NCBI GenBank assembly: GCA_963733195.1
Contig: CAVTCR010000043.1
Span: 1 to 26,336, forward strand
Direction of reading: 5' to 3'
Origin: an uncultured delta proteobacterium
GTDB lineage: Bacteria; Desulfobacterota; Binatia; Bin18
DNA: 26,336 nucleotides
Part shown: in pieces, positions 9,835-18,507 of the stretch
How positions within the stretch are numbered: position 1 is the first letter of the stretch
How the letters are laid out: each line of letters begins with the position of its first letter
The notes under the pieces: model-generated
Databases searched by the model: none
What the model was told of the DNA's origin: nothing
The model's input: the letters and a program-made list of their open reading frames with translations, nothing else
Program-made: the position numbers and the translations under genes

Positions 9835-10644
9835 TCACTGTTTCTCGTACCATTCAATCGCCCCTTTTAACCCTCGTTCTTCTCGGACCTTCTTAATCTC
9901 TTCGTTGCCTGAGCCGAAGTGAAAGATGGCATCGTACTCCGCACCAGACAATACCGACGCCCGGAAGCCACGATAATCCATAGCACGGTTAACAGAAAGT
10001 TTCTCTAGTGCCAGTTTCTCCGCCGGAACCTTTACGATACGTCGAGCATAACTGTATGTTTCTTCTTCGAGTGTGTCCACAGGGAAAGCGCGGGTCGCAA
10101 ATCCGATTGCTTCAGCTTCTTTGCCGCTGATTTGGCTGCCAGGCAGAAAGGCCATGTACTTGGTGCGGTGCGGACCCACCATCCAGTTCCACATCGAGCT
10201 GACAAATCCTGCTCCCGCGGGGATAGATGGAAAGCCGATCCGCGCATTCTCAGCCACGAAGATAATGTCCGAACAAATACAGAGCTGTGTCGCACCCGCG
10301 AGACAATAGCCATGTACCATCGCTATCACTGGTTTCGGGAGGTCCCGTAAGCGTAACCACCGTTCAACCATCCGCTGCAGCAGGGAACGGTCATCATCCA
10401 CCATGAAGGGTCTGGTCCGTTCACGATTGCCACTGGCATCAGCACTGCTCAGATCATAACCAGTAGAGAACGCACGACCTGCGCCACGGATGATGACGAC
10501 TTTGATCTCAGAATCCGCAACGATCTGGTCAATCGTCTCGGAAAATTCAGCAAGCAAAGCTGGACTAAGGGCGTTGAGTTTCTCTGGGCGGTTGAGGGTG
10601 AGCGTGCCAATACGGTCATTTTTCTCAAGTAGGATATTCTCCAT
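9835..10644 (-). CDS. Enoyl-CoA hydratase/isomerase (crotonase) superfamily protein
   Basis: Motifs LTLNRPEKLNAL, GRAFSTGYDL and PKPVIAMVHGYCLAG. Confidence 0.92.
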   Translation of the reverse strand: MENILLEKNDRIGTLTLNRPEKLNALSPALLAEFSETIDQIVADSEIKVVIIRGAGRAFSTGYDLSSADASGNRERTRPFMVDDDRSLLQRMVERWLRLRDLPKPVIAMVHGYCLAGATQLCICSDIIFVAENARIGFPSIPAGAGFVSSMWNWMVGPHRTKYMAFLPGSQISGKEAEAIGFATRAFPVDTLEEETYSYARRIVKVPAEKLALEKLSVNRAMDYRGFRASVLSGAEYDAIFHFGSGNEEIKKVREERGLKGAIEWYEKQ

Positions 10645-10808
10645 AGTTCGTCTCCTTTATCTGCGCGAGTAAAGCTAATACCTGTGTCATACCAGGTTGC
10701 GCGGCGAGAAGTAACGTGCAAGAAAAACGTCATACGCAACACGTAAGTGATTCTCTTTAAGGATAAATGGATTGATGGACACGTTGTATGGGTTTGGGTC
10801 ATTGTTGA

Positions 10809-11666
10809 GTGAACACTAAACACCGACGATCATTCGCTTTGAGTATGCTCAAGCGATTATTCATTACCTGCGCGGTTCTGTTCGGGTTTCCCCATCACAG
10901 TGTGGCGGACGTCCTCCACCATCGTGGTCAGGAGTTTTTTGTTCATATCGTTGACCCGCGTACAGAACGAATCGAGCTCTTCTGGCAAGATCCGTCTGGA
11001 CAACGCTTTGGTTCTTTCCGGCGGCTACGCGATGCGCTTGCTTCACAGGGCCGCACGCTGAAATTTGCCATGAACGCAGGGATATTTGGGGTGGATTTCG
11101 CACCGTTAGGACTTCACATCGAGAACGGTCGTATGCTGCATCCACTTAACTTGGGAAAAGGTGGACGTGGAAATTTCTATCTCAAACCCAACGGGGTCTT
11201 CTATATCACCGAGCAGAAACCAGCAATCGTTGACGCACGAACGTATCCCAAACTCAAAGTGAGGCCTCTCATTGCTACGCAATCTGGTCCAACCCTGGTC
11301 TTGCAGGGTGCTCTTCATCCTGCGTTTCGCGAGGACTCTACCAATCGCCATTATCGAAACGGTGTTGGCGTTACTCGGGACGGCAAAGTCGTATTTACTA
11401 TTTCCCAAACGTTAGTGACGTTCTACGAATTTGCCACACTTTTCCGAGATGTCCTGGGATGTGACGACGCCCTCTATCTCGATGGGGCACTGTCGGCAGT
11501 GTACGCGCCCGACCGCGAGCAGAATTTTCTGGGCGGGGATTTTGTCGGGATGTTAGTCAGTGACGGCAGAAAGAAAAGATTAATATGGGATCGTTTGTTA
11601 CACGCTGTAAAATTGAGAACATTGTTGATCGCGGCAAATCCGCCATTATTTCTAAGGCTCTGGTAG
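10809..11666 (+). CDS. Exported phosphodiester glycosidase / YigE (DUF2233)-like protein
   Basis: Signal peptide; motifs FAMNAGIF, GNFYLKPNGVF, ATQSGP, RNGVGV and ALYLDG. The true end may be TAA 11581-11583 if a 1-nt frameshift near 11557 is corrected, which removes the 82-nt overlap with the next gene. Confidence 0.85.
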   Translation: MNTKHRRSFALSMLKRLFITCAVLFGFPHHSVADVLHHRGQEFFVHIVDPRTERIELFWQDPSGQRFGSFRRLRDALASQGRTLKFAMNAGIFGVDFAPLGLHIENGRMLHPLNLGKGGRGNFYLKPNGVFYITEQKPAIVDARTYPKLKVRPLIATQSGPTLVLQGALHPAFREDSTNRHYRNGVGVTRDGKVVFTISQTLVTFYEFATLFRDVLGCDDALYLDGALSAVYAPDREQNFLGGDFVGMLVSDGRKKRLIWDRLLHAVKLRTLLIAANPPLFLRLW

Positions 11667-11980
11667 ATACAGGAAGTGAATACACCTGGATTCCAACCGC
11701 AATTCTCGAAAAGATCGGTATTCAGCGAGAGAAGAAAGACCTGTTATTCGTGATGGCGAACGGTCAACAGGTGACCCGCAGTGTTGGCTTCGCCATCATC
11801 CGACTCGATAAATTCTTCACTGTCGATGAGGTCGTGTTTGCTGAGAAAGGTGACCTGCTCTTGCTCGGTGCGAGAACACTGGAAGGGTTGAACCTCGTCG
11901 TAGATCCGCGACAGAAGAAACTGGTGGCAGCAGGCCCACTGCCTGCTGCGGCAGCTTTTGATGATGCTCACCCTTTGTAA
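11585..11980 (+). CDS. Retropepsin-like (clan AA) aspartyl protease
   Basis: Catalytic motif ALVDTGSEY, flap MANG and LLGARTLEGLNLVVDP. Confidence 0.88.
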   Translation: MGSFVTRCKIENIVDRGKSAIISKALVDTGSEYTWIPTAILEKIGIQREKKDLLFVMANGQQVTRSVGFAIIRLDKFFTVDEVVFAEKGDLLLLGARTLEGLNLVVDPRQKKLVAAGPLPAAAAFDDAHPL

Positions 11981-12004
11981 AAGGATAACCGCAAATTGGA
12001 AAGC

Positions 12005-12859
12005 TTATTCAGCCCGTCCCTCTTGATACTCCGTCTTCCGCTGTTCAGCGGCATCTTTGTAAAGAAACGAGAGGAGATTTGTGACGGTTTTTTCGTGAAA
12101 AGCAACACACGCGGGGTCGAAGTCTCGACTGGGGCTAGGCTCATGGACGAAGTGTTCATAACGATCCTCGCCACGTACAAGCGCCGCGCTATCCCATTCT
12201 GCTAACTGTTGGCGAGTTTGTGGCGGCATGTAACGAATGGAAATACCAATGCGTCGATCTCCTGAACGGTTCGGAGCTGAGGCATGGGCAATGCGCACGT
12301 TATGCAGCGACATTTCTCCTGGCTTGAGGATGATATCGACGGCTTTGGCCTCGTCTATTCCGTTTGTAATCGTCTGGCCACGCGAGAGCATATTCGCCTT
12401 GTCAAATAAGTCCTGGTGCGGCAAGTGCACCTTGTGACTTTCCGGCTGCATACGCATGCAACCACTCTCGACAGTGGCTGGAGACAGGGCTACCCATGCC
12501 GTCACAATCTCGGCTGAGTCGAGACCCCAATACTGGTGATCCTGATGCCAAGAGACATACTCAATCGTCTGCGGTTCCTTGATCCAGAAATGTACGCCCC
12601 AACACAAAATATTAGGACCAATCAGGTCTTCGACAGGATCGAGGATTTGTGGATCGCGAATCAAGCGATCGACCCACGTCAGGAGCAGGCTCGTTTTAAG
12701 GCGTTGCGTTCCCTGCAACGAGTGTCCTTGTTGCGACTCGAAGGTTTCGAGTTGTCTGCGTAGGTCCGCTACATCTGCCGACGAAAAGGCTGATACTGGA
12801 AAACAAAACCCATCACGCCGGTATTGCTCAACTTGCGCATCAGTCAGTTTGCGTGGCAT
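12005..12859 (-). CDS. Phytanoyl-CoA dioxygenase (PhyH) family Fe(II)/2-oxoglutarate oxygenase
   Basis: QYRRDGF, HxD motif WHQD, TAWVALS and distal His in AHASAPNRSGDRR. RBS AAGGAG precedes ATG 12859. Confidence 0.92.
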   Translation of the reverse strand: MPRKLTDAQVEQYRRDGFCFPVSAFSSADVADLRRQLETFESQQGHSLQGTQRLKTSLLLTWVDRLIRDPQILDPVEDLIGPNILCWGVHFWIKEPQTIEYVSWHQDHQYWGLDSAEIVTAWVALSPATVESGCMRMQPESHKVHLPHQDLFDKANMLSRGQTITNGIDEAKAVDIILKPGEMSLHNVRIAHASAPNRSGDRRIGISIRYMPPQTRQQLAEWDSAALVRGEDRYEHFVHEPSPSRDFDPACVAFHEKTVTNLLSFLYKDAAEQRKTEYQEGRAE

Positions 12860-12934
12860 AGGTTTCTCCTTATGCAAGCTTCTCCTGAAGATCGAGGATG
12901 AGGGCCTCGTTGTTTGTATAGAATCTCAATAATG

Positions 12935-13945
12935 CTACTTCCGTCCCGGCGCCAACGCACGCATAGCGCCGAGCAGACGTTCACGCCGAACCGTTGCGTC
13001 AGTCTCGAACGTCTGGAATTGCAAGAACGCAGTGTCAACTCCAGCATCGAGATAGCGCTGCACGTGGGCGCGAATGTTGTCCATCGAGCCATGCAAAACG
13101 AGATCGTTCATTACCTGTTCAGGCACTGCGGCGACCGCACCTTTACGATCGCCTTTGTCCCAGGCCTGCCACATCGGTGTCAGTGCTGCTTCTCGTCCAA
13201 GCCATTTTTGGAAGGCTTTGTATACCGGCACATTGAGGTAAGTGTTGATATGTCGCCGGATGCCAAGATCCGCTTCTGGTGTTGGCGGGTCAATGGCGAT
13301 AAACACGCGCGCAGTGATCTCAACAGTGTTCGGATCGCGCCCTGCTTTGGCAGCGGCTTCACGTACGACTGGAACCGATTTCTTGACATCTTCAGCCGAG
13401 AGCCAATTGATAATTGCACCATCGCCGACTTCACCAGCCACACGCAGCATTGCTGGTCGTAAGGCAGCGATGTGAATCGGAATCGGCTGTGCGAGTGGAC
13501 GACTCAGTCGGAAACCATTGACACTGAAAGTCTCACCCTGAAATACGACTCGTTCATTGGCGAATACTTTCTTGAGAAAGACCGCCATCTCACGTACCCG
13601 AGCGGCTGGACGCTCGAACTTACCACCGTTCCACATTTCAACGATTGGTTGTGAGCCTGCGCCGATGCCCAGACAGAACCGTCCTGGGGCAATCTCAGCA
13701 ATACCAGCGGCACTCATGGCGAGTGTCGCTGGACCACGCGTGTAGACATTTTCGATTGCAGTGCCAAGTCGCAAGTTCGTCGCCGCACCGACTACGGCGA
13801 GAGGAGCGAACCCGTCGATACCATCGACCTCTGACGACCAGGCATCGGTATAGCCTAGCTGCTCTGCCTCACGTGCAAGCGCGGCGTGTTCAGCAAGGGT
13901 GAAATTATCGAACGGTATTGAGAGTGACCAGCGTTTCTGACTCAT
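12935..13945 (-). CDS. LLM-class F420-dependent oxidoreductase
   Basis: Motifs EAEQLGYTDAWSSE, LRLGTAI, GRFCLGIGAGS and IAALRPAMLRVAGEVGDG. RBS CAGGAG precedes ATG 13945. Confidence 0.9.
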   Translation of the reverse strand: MSQKRWSLSIPFDNFTLAEHAALAREAEQLGYTDAWSSEVDGIDGFAPLAVVGAATNLRLGTAIENVYTRGPATLAMSAAGIAEIAPGRFCLGIGAGSQPIVEMWNGGKFERPAARVREMAVFLKKVFANERVVFQGETFSVNGFRLSRPLAQPIPIHIAALRPAMLRVAGEVGDGAIINWLSAEDVKKSVPVVREAAAKAGRDPNTVEITARVFIAIDPPTPEADLGIRRHINTYLNVPVYKAFQKWLGREAALTPMWQAWDKGDRKGAVAAVPEQVMNDLVLHGSMDNIRAHVQRYLDAGVDTAFLQFQTFETDATVRRERLLGAMRALAPGRK

Positions 13946-14057
13946 GCAGATTCTCCTGTACAAACAAATCAATAAAGGGGGGAAAAGGTCAAAGGGGTAA
14001 GAAGCGAAAAGGATGGAGAAAATAGCTTTCTTTCGCCATTTCCCTCGGTCTTCTTTT

Positions 14058-14507
14058 TCACCAATTCACTTTCTTGAGGTCGCCTTTATAGAGCGTACGA
14101 ACGAAGGCAATCACTTTCCAGGCCTGGTCGTCGTTCATCATCATTTTGTAGCCTGGCATTTGCCCTTTGCCATCACGAACCTGAGACAGCACGTTGAGGT
14201 CAGAGCCATCACCAGTTTGCCAGGTCTCATCGGTCAGGTTCGGTCCCATGCCACCGCCGCCTTGCATGCCGTGGCAGCCATAGCAGTTGAACTTCTTGTA
14301 CAGCTGTTGTCCTTCAGCAATGGCCTCGGTCTTGCCGGTGTAGGGATTAAGCTTCTTCGGTGCAGTCGCGCCGTTCTGAGCGTGGGCAGGAAATCCTAGG
14401 AGCAATGTGAGCAAGGACAGAGGAATGAGTAATAAGTAATGAGTGATGAACGATAGGGAGTTAGTGACGAGCAGAAAAGATCGCAAACGTTGTAGTTTCT
14501 GACTCAT
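14058..14507 (-). CDS. Periplasmic monoheme cytochrome c, probable XoxF electron acceptor (XoxG position)
   Basis: Signal peptide ending AHA, NPY motif, CYGCH heme motif, GPNLTDETW and Met ligand in QMPGY. Third gene of the xoxF-xoxJ run. Confidence 0.85.
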   Translation of the reverse strand: MSQKLQRLRSFLLVTNSLSFITHYLLLIPLSLLTLLLGFPAHAQNGATAPKKLNPYTGKTEAIAEGQQLYKKFNCYGCHGMQGGGGMGPNLTDETWQTGDGSDLNVLSQVRDGKGQMPGYKMMMNDDQAWKVIAFVRTLYKGDLKKVNW

Positions 14508-14530
14508 ACCTCAGTCCTCAGCACTCATCA
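14503..14530. repeat. Short heptamer tandem repeats (CTCATAC CTCAGTC CTCAGCA CTCATCA)
   Basis: Read directly. A second heptamer run, AATGAGT AATAAGT AATGAGT GATGAAC, lies at 14424-14451. Confidence 0.55.
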
Positions 14531-15268
14531 CTGAATAAGTGGAACGCCATACTCAGTCAATATGTTATTGACCTCCGCCGCTTTTTGGTTGAGAAGTTCA
14601 TTCAGTTGCTTTCGCAACTGCTCATTTCCTCGCTGTACCCCAAGCGCGATATTGTAGGCAAGTGGGAACGATGGCGAACTGGCTTCTGTCGGGACAGGGG
14701 TAAGCGTTAGCGGCACGGTTTGTTTGCGAGAAAAATAACCAGCAATTGGTCCCCACACAATCGCGAGATTCACGTCACCGTCAGCGACTGCCTTGATAAT
14801 CTTTCCTGGTGGGCTGTCCTCGCCATAGTCACCGAAAACACTGTAGCCAACGACATTCTTCACAATACCTTTGGCACTTAAGATATGAGCCGGTGGACTG
14901 TTGGCGTAATCATCGCCAATCAAATGGACACCAATCTTCAACGTCTGCAGCAAAGGATCGTCGAAAGAGGTGATGCCGTAGTTGGCCTCCTTCAGAGAGA
15001 CGAACACGTACGAAGAACGATAATAGGGTTGAGTTGTGAGAACCGGATCATATCCGACAGGTACGCCCATAATCACATCACACACACCGGCTTGAAGCGT
15101 ATTGCGCAGAAACCCGCGGCGCTGCGGCCACCAGGTATAGGTCACTTCTTGTCCGAGCTCACGCGCGAACAACTCGGCAATCTTGTTCTCGAAGCCGTCG
15201 CGATTTTGGTTGGAATAGGGGAGGTTATTGGGATCAGCGCAGACGCGAAACTGGGGGTAGAGGGGCAT
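14528..15268 (-). CDS. xoxJ: XoxJ/MxaJ-family periplasmic substrate-binding protein
   Basis: Motifs RVCADPNNLPYSN, GFENKIAEL, WWPQRRGFLRNTL, TTQPYYRSSYVFV and WGPIAGYF; directly downstream of xoxF. Its signal peptide is in an adjacent frame (15258-15347), so the real start is upstream, near 15385. Confidence 0.9.
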   Translation of the reverse strand: MPLYPQFRVCADPNNLPYSNQNRDGFENKIAELFARELGQEVTYTWWPQRRGFLRNTLQAGVCDVIMGVPVGYDPVLTTQPYYRSSYVFVSLKEANYGITSFDDPLLQTLKIGVHLIGDDYANSPPAHILSAKGIVKNVVGYSVFGDYGEDSPPGKIIKAVADGDVNLAIVWGPIAGYFSRKQTVPLTLTPVPTEASSPSFPLAYNIALGVQRGNEQLRKQLNELLNQKAAEVNNILTEYGVPLIQ

Positions 15269-15421
15269 TCGGTTCGTTGGACCAAGCGGGGGAAGAAAAA
15301 GACAAAGAAAGAAGGAGAGTCAGGAGCAACAAGAGAGTTGGGAGTATCTAACAGATCGTCCAAAGTAGTTTCTCTGCCAGGTCACAACTTTAGCATGTGG
15401 TTCTTGGCCGCGTCTCGCGTT

Positions 15422-15520
15422 CTGAGCGTAGCCGCGAGAAGGACGGCGAAGTCGAAGAGCAACGCTTCAGGAAATCTCACGCAGCCTTCGACTTCGCTTC
15501 GCTACGCTCAGGCTGAACGG
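15422..15520. repeat. REP-like nested palindrome between xoxF and xoxJ
   Basis: CTGAGCGTAGC (15422-15432) pairs with GCTACGCTCAG (15501-15511). CGAAGTCGAAG pairs with CTTCGACTTCG. Confidence 0.75.
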
Positions 15521-15566
15521 GAAGTGAGCAGCCTGCATCATCAGAACGGCGAATCCGTAACACTTC

Positions 15567-17402
15567 TTACTTCTTCGCTACCTGCTTCGACGAGTCGCCG
15601 AGCGAGAACACGTATAGCATCCCACCCTTGGTCGTGTCTTTGCCTAACTCACCGAATGCCCCAATGGCTCCTAATGCTGCGGTTGGATCATCTGTCCCCA
15701 AGTCACCTGCGACGACCAGACCAGACCACCCGCCAATACCAGACAATACGGCCACATACTGCTGCCCATCCGGTCCACGATAGGTCATTGGCGAGCCGAT
15801 GATTCCCGAACCGACCTTAAATTTCCAGAGTTCTTTCCCACTCACTGCATCGATCGCCTTGAGCCAACCGTCCATGGTGCCATAGAACACCACATCACCA
15901 GCAGTGGTTAACGCACCACCCCAAGCAGCCCACTTTTCCTTGATTCCCCACTTCTTGGTGCCGGTGGCCGGGTCCCAGGCGAGAAATTCACCACGATGTC
16001 CACCAGGGCCGGGGTACTGTTTGACAATCGCACCGACGTACGGCACGCCAGCCATATAGTTCACTTCGGTCCCTTCATACTCCATGCATAAGTTGTTAGT
16101 TGGAACGTAAAACAGCTTGGTGCGGGGAGAGTACGCGACTGGTTGTTGATCCTTGCCACCCATTGCTGCCGGACAAATGTCCTTGACGTTGGTTCCCTGC
16201 TTGGTACGTTTCTCTGGCTTTTCGATCGGCAGGCCAGTTTCCAGATTGATGTCTTCCGCCCAGTTCACGTGAACGAAGGGTTTGGCCAGCAACACTTTCC
16301 CGTTGGTCCGATCGATCGCATAGGCGAAACCGTTGCGGTCAAAGTGCACGAGTGCTTTATGCGTCTGACCTTGCATGTCGAGATCAACAAGAACACTCTC
16401 GTTAATGCCGTCATAATCCCACGCATCGTGCGGCGTCATCTGATACGCCCACTTCGCCTCCCCGGTGTCGGGGTTGCGAGCGAAGATCGACATCGACCAT
16501 TTGTTTTCTCCAGGGCGCTGATCAGGATTCCACGAGCCCGGATTGCCAGTGCTGTGATACAGCAGATTGAGCTCAGGATCATAGCTGTACCACCCCCATG
16601 TGGTGCCTCCGCCCTTTTTCCACTCGTCACCTTTCCAGGTCGAAACGCCCAAGTCTTTCCCTTGATGTGATTTGTAGGGAGAAGAGAAATCTTTACCGAT
16701 CAGGACCTCAGAATCCGGACCGGTGCTATACGCGCGCCAGATCTGTTTGCCAGTGTTGATGTCATTGGCAGTGACAAATCCGCGCACGCCAAATTCACCG
16801 CCACTGATACCAGTGTAGACTTTATCTTTGATCACCAGTGGCGCCATGGTGTTGGTCTGCCCCTGCTTGAAATCGCCTTGTTGGACTTTCCACAACTCCT
16901 TACCGGTCTTGGCATCCAACGCGACCGTGGCCGCATCAAGCTGGTTGAAGAAAATCTTACCATCGGCGTACGCTACGCCACGATTCACGACGTCACAGCA
17001 GGCGATGGGAATTACCGCTGAGTCTTGCTTCGGCTCGTATTTCCATTTCACGTCTGCCCCGGGTTTGGTCAGGTCTAATGCATACACGATGTTAGGAAAT
17101 GGAGTAACAAAGTACATGGTGTCGCCCACTACGAGTGGTGAGCCCTCATGTCCACGCAGCACTCCTGTGGAAAAGGTCCAGGAAACTTTCAAATCCTTCA
17201 CGTTCTTCGTGGTGATCTGATCGAGTTCGCTGTAACGAGTGAGCGAATAGTTTTTCCCTGGATGCACCCATTGCCCAGGGTCTTTCTCCATCGTGACAAG
17301 ATCATCGGCATTCACCGTCACGGGCGAGCACAACCAGAGTGCCGCGACGAGAAAAGAAAGTCGTAACGTTAGCGAAAACGTAGCCAGCCGCCGTGTGTCC
17401 AT
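15567..17402 (-). CDS. xoxF: PQQ-dependent, lanthanide-type methanol dehydrogenase XoxF
   Basis: Signal peptide, GVLRGHEG, vicinal disulfide ACCDVVNRG, SGGEFGVRG, GGGTTWGW, GNPGSWN, and WDYDGINE carrying the extra lanthanide-ligating Asp (MxaF has DYA). No mxaI in the cluster. Confidence 0.93.
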   Translation of the reverse strand: MDTRRLATFSLTLRLSFLVAALWLCSPVTVNADDLVTMEKDPGQWVHPGKNYSLTRYSELDQITTKNVKDLKVSWTFSTGVLRGHEGSPLVVGDTMYFVTPFPNIVYALDLTKPGADVKWKYEPKQDSAVIPIACCDVVNRGVAYADGKIFFNQLDAATVALDAKTGKELWKVQQGDFKQGQTNTMAPLVIKDKVYTGISGGEFGVRGFVTANDINTGKQIWRAYSTGPDSEVLIGKDFSSPYKSHQGKDLGVSTWKGDEWKKGGGTTWGWYSYDPELNLLYHSTGNPGSWNPDQRPGENKWSMSIFARNPDTGEAKWAYQMTPHDAWDYDGINESVLVDLDMQGQTHKALVHFDRNGFAYAIDRTNGKVLLAKPFVHVNWAEDINLETGLPIEKPEKRTKQGTNVKDICPAAMGGKDQQPVAYSPRTKLFYVPTNNLCMEYEGTEVNYMAGVPYVGAIVKQYPGPGGHRGEFLAWDPATGTKKWGIKEKWAAWGGALTTAGDVVFYGTMDGWLKAIDAVSGKELWKFKVGSGIIGSPMTYRGPDGQQYVAVLSGIGGWSGLVVAGDLGTDDPTAALGAIGAFGELGKDTTKGGMLYVFSLGDSSKQVAKK

Positions 17403-17479
17403 AAGACGCCCTCCTTTTTGTAACCTGCAAATTCCAGGGGCTGAACAAACGCATAACCCCCGCCACTCTTGGCAGGCGC

Positions 17480-17509
17480 ACGCTACTCCGGGGAGAGGCG
17501 GTTTGTCAA
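17480..17509 (-). promoter_or_regulatory. Candidate sigma-70 promoter for xoxF
   Basis: Minus strand reads TTGACA (17509-17504), 18 bp, TAGCGT (17485-17480). AGGAGG RBS precedes ATG 17402. Confidence 0.5.
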
Positions 17510-17538
17510 TGGAAATTTTCCTTATGCGATGTTTTCGC

Positions 17539-17565
17539 TAGGGGCGTAGCATACTACGCCCCTAC
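17539..17565. repeat. GTAG-family REP-like palindrome
   Basis: TAGGGGCGTAG-CATA-CTACGCCCCTA(C): perfect 11-bp stem, related to the copy at 19754. Confidence 0.75.
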
Positions 17566-17640
17566 AAAGACGGAACTGCACCGTTATCTTCTGTTGTTTG
17601 TTGTTCCTTGTATTTCCTGATTGATGTTGATAGCTGAATA

Positions 17641-18459
17641 TTGACGGCGAAAAAAGGAGAGGAGGTCAGATCGTTGGCTGCACCAACATGGACCGAGAGT
17701 ATCATTGAAGTCGCGGGCGGAAAGATTCACTGCCTGCAAAGTGGCTTTGGCGATCCGCTGCTGATCTTACACCGCGATGTCGGCAACCCTGGCTGGTTGC
17801 CATTTTATGAACAAATGGCCAAGAAGTTCTCCGTGTATGTTCCGTCGCATCCGGGGTTTGATAAATCTGAGCGTCCAGACTGGATGCGTAACGTGCGCGA
17901 TCTTGCGGCCATCTACGCCTGGATGCTTAAGGATCTCAAGATTCAGTCACTATCAGTCATTGGTTTGGGCTTTGGTGGATGGATTGCTGCCGAACTGGCG
18001 ACCATGAACCATTCCCTCTTCAAAAAGATGGTGCTAGTCAGTGCGATGGGTGTCCAACCCGTACACGGGGAAATCATGGATCAGTTTCTGCTCTATACTA
18101 CCGATTATATCGCTGCTGGTTTTACTGATCCGAGCAAAATGGAGCAGCTATATGGCAAAGAGCCAGAGGTTGATCAACTAGTGACCTGGGAAATCAATCG
18201 CGAGATGACCACTCGCATCGCGTGGAAACCGTACATGTTTAATCAGGCGTTTCCGGTGTTGCTACGTGGAGTCGAAACCCCAACACTGATTGTGTGGGGC
18301 AAAGACGATAAGATCGCACCGATTAATTGTGGCGAACGCTATATGCAGTTTCTCCCGCAGGCACAATTCGTCGCTCTCAACCAGTGTGGGCATTTCGTTG
18401 AAGTTGAGAAAGCCGATGAGTTAGCACAGCTGGTGTTGCCATTTCTCGCTAAATCCTAA
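17641..18459 (+). CDS. Alpha/beta hydrolase fold protein lacking the nucleophile Ser
   Basis: Motifs PLLILH, PSHPGFDKS, VIGLGFGGWIAAELA, PTLIVWGKDD and CGHF. The start is more likely TTG near 17674, after GAGGAGG. Confidence 0.88.
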   Translation: MTAKKGEEVRSLAAPTWTESIIEVAGGKIHCLQSGFGDPLLILHRDVGNPGWLPFYEQMAKKFSVYVPSHPGFDKSERPDWMRNVRDLAAIYAWMLKDLKIQSLSVIGLGFGGWIAAELATMNHSLFKKMVLVSAMGVQPVHGEIMDQFLLYTTDYIAAGFTDPSKMEQLYGKEPEVDQLVTWEINREMTTRIAWKPYMFNQAFPVLLRGVETPTLIVWGKDDKIAPINCGERYMQFLPQAQFVALNQCGHFVEVEKADELAQLVLPFLAKS

Positions 18460-18507
18460 GGAGTCGTAGCGGCACAACGGGCGGTGCCTTTCTGTAAGGA
18501 GGAAATT

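Noticed and set aside
11585-11666. Genuine 82-nt overlap between the YigE-like and protease genes
   Set aside because: A single-base correction near 11557 gives ...VTAERKD* ending at 11583, one base before the protease ATG.
14885-15802. 305-aa plus-strand ORF
   Set aside because: Antisense shadow of xoxJ/xoxF that includes translated REP sequence (PSTSLRYAQAER).
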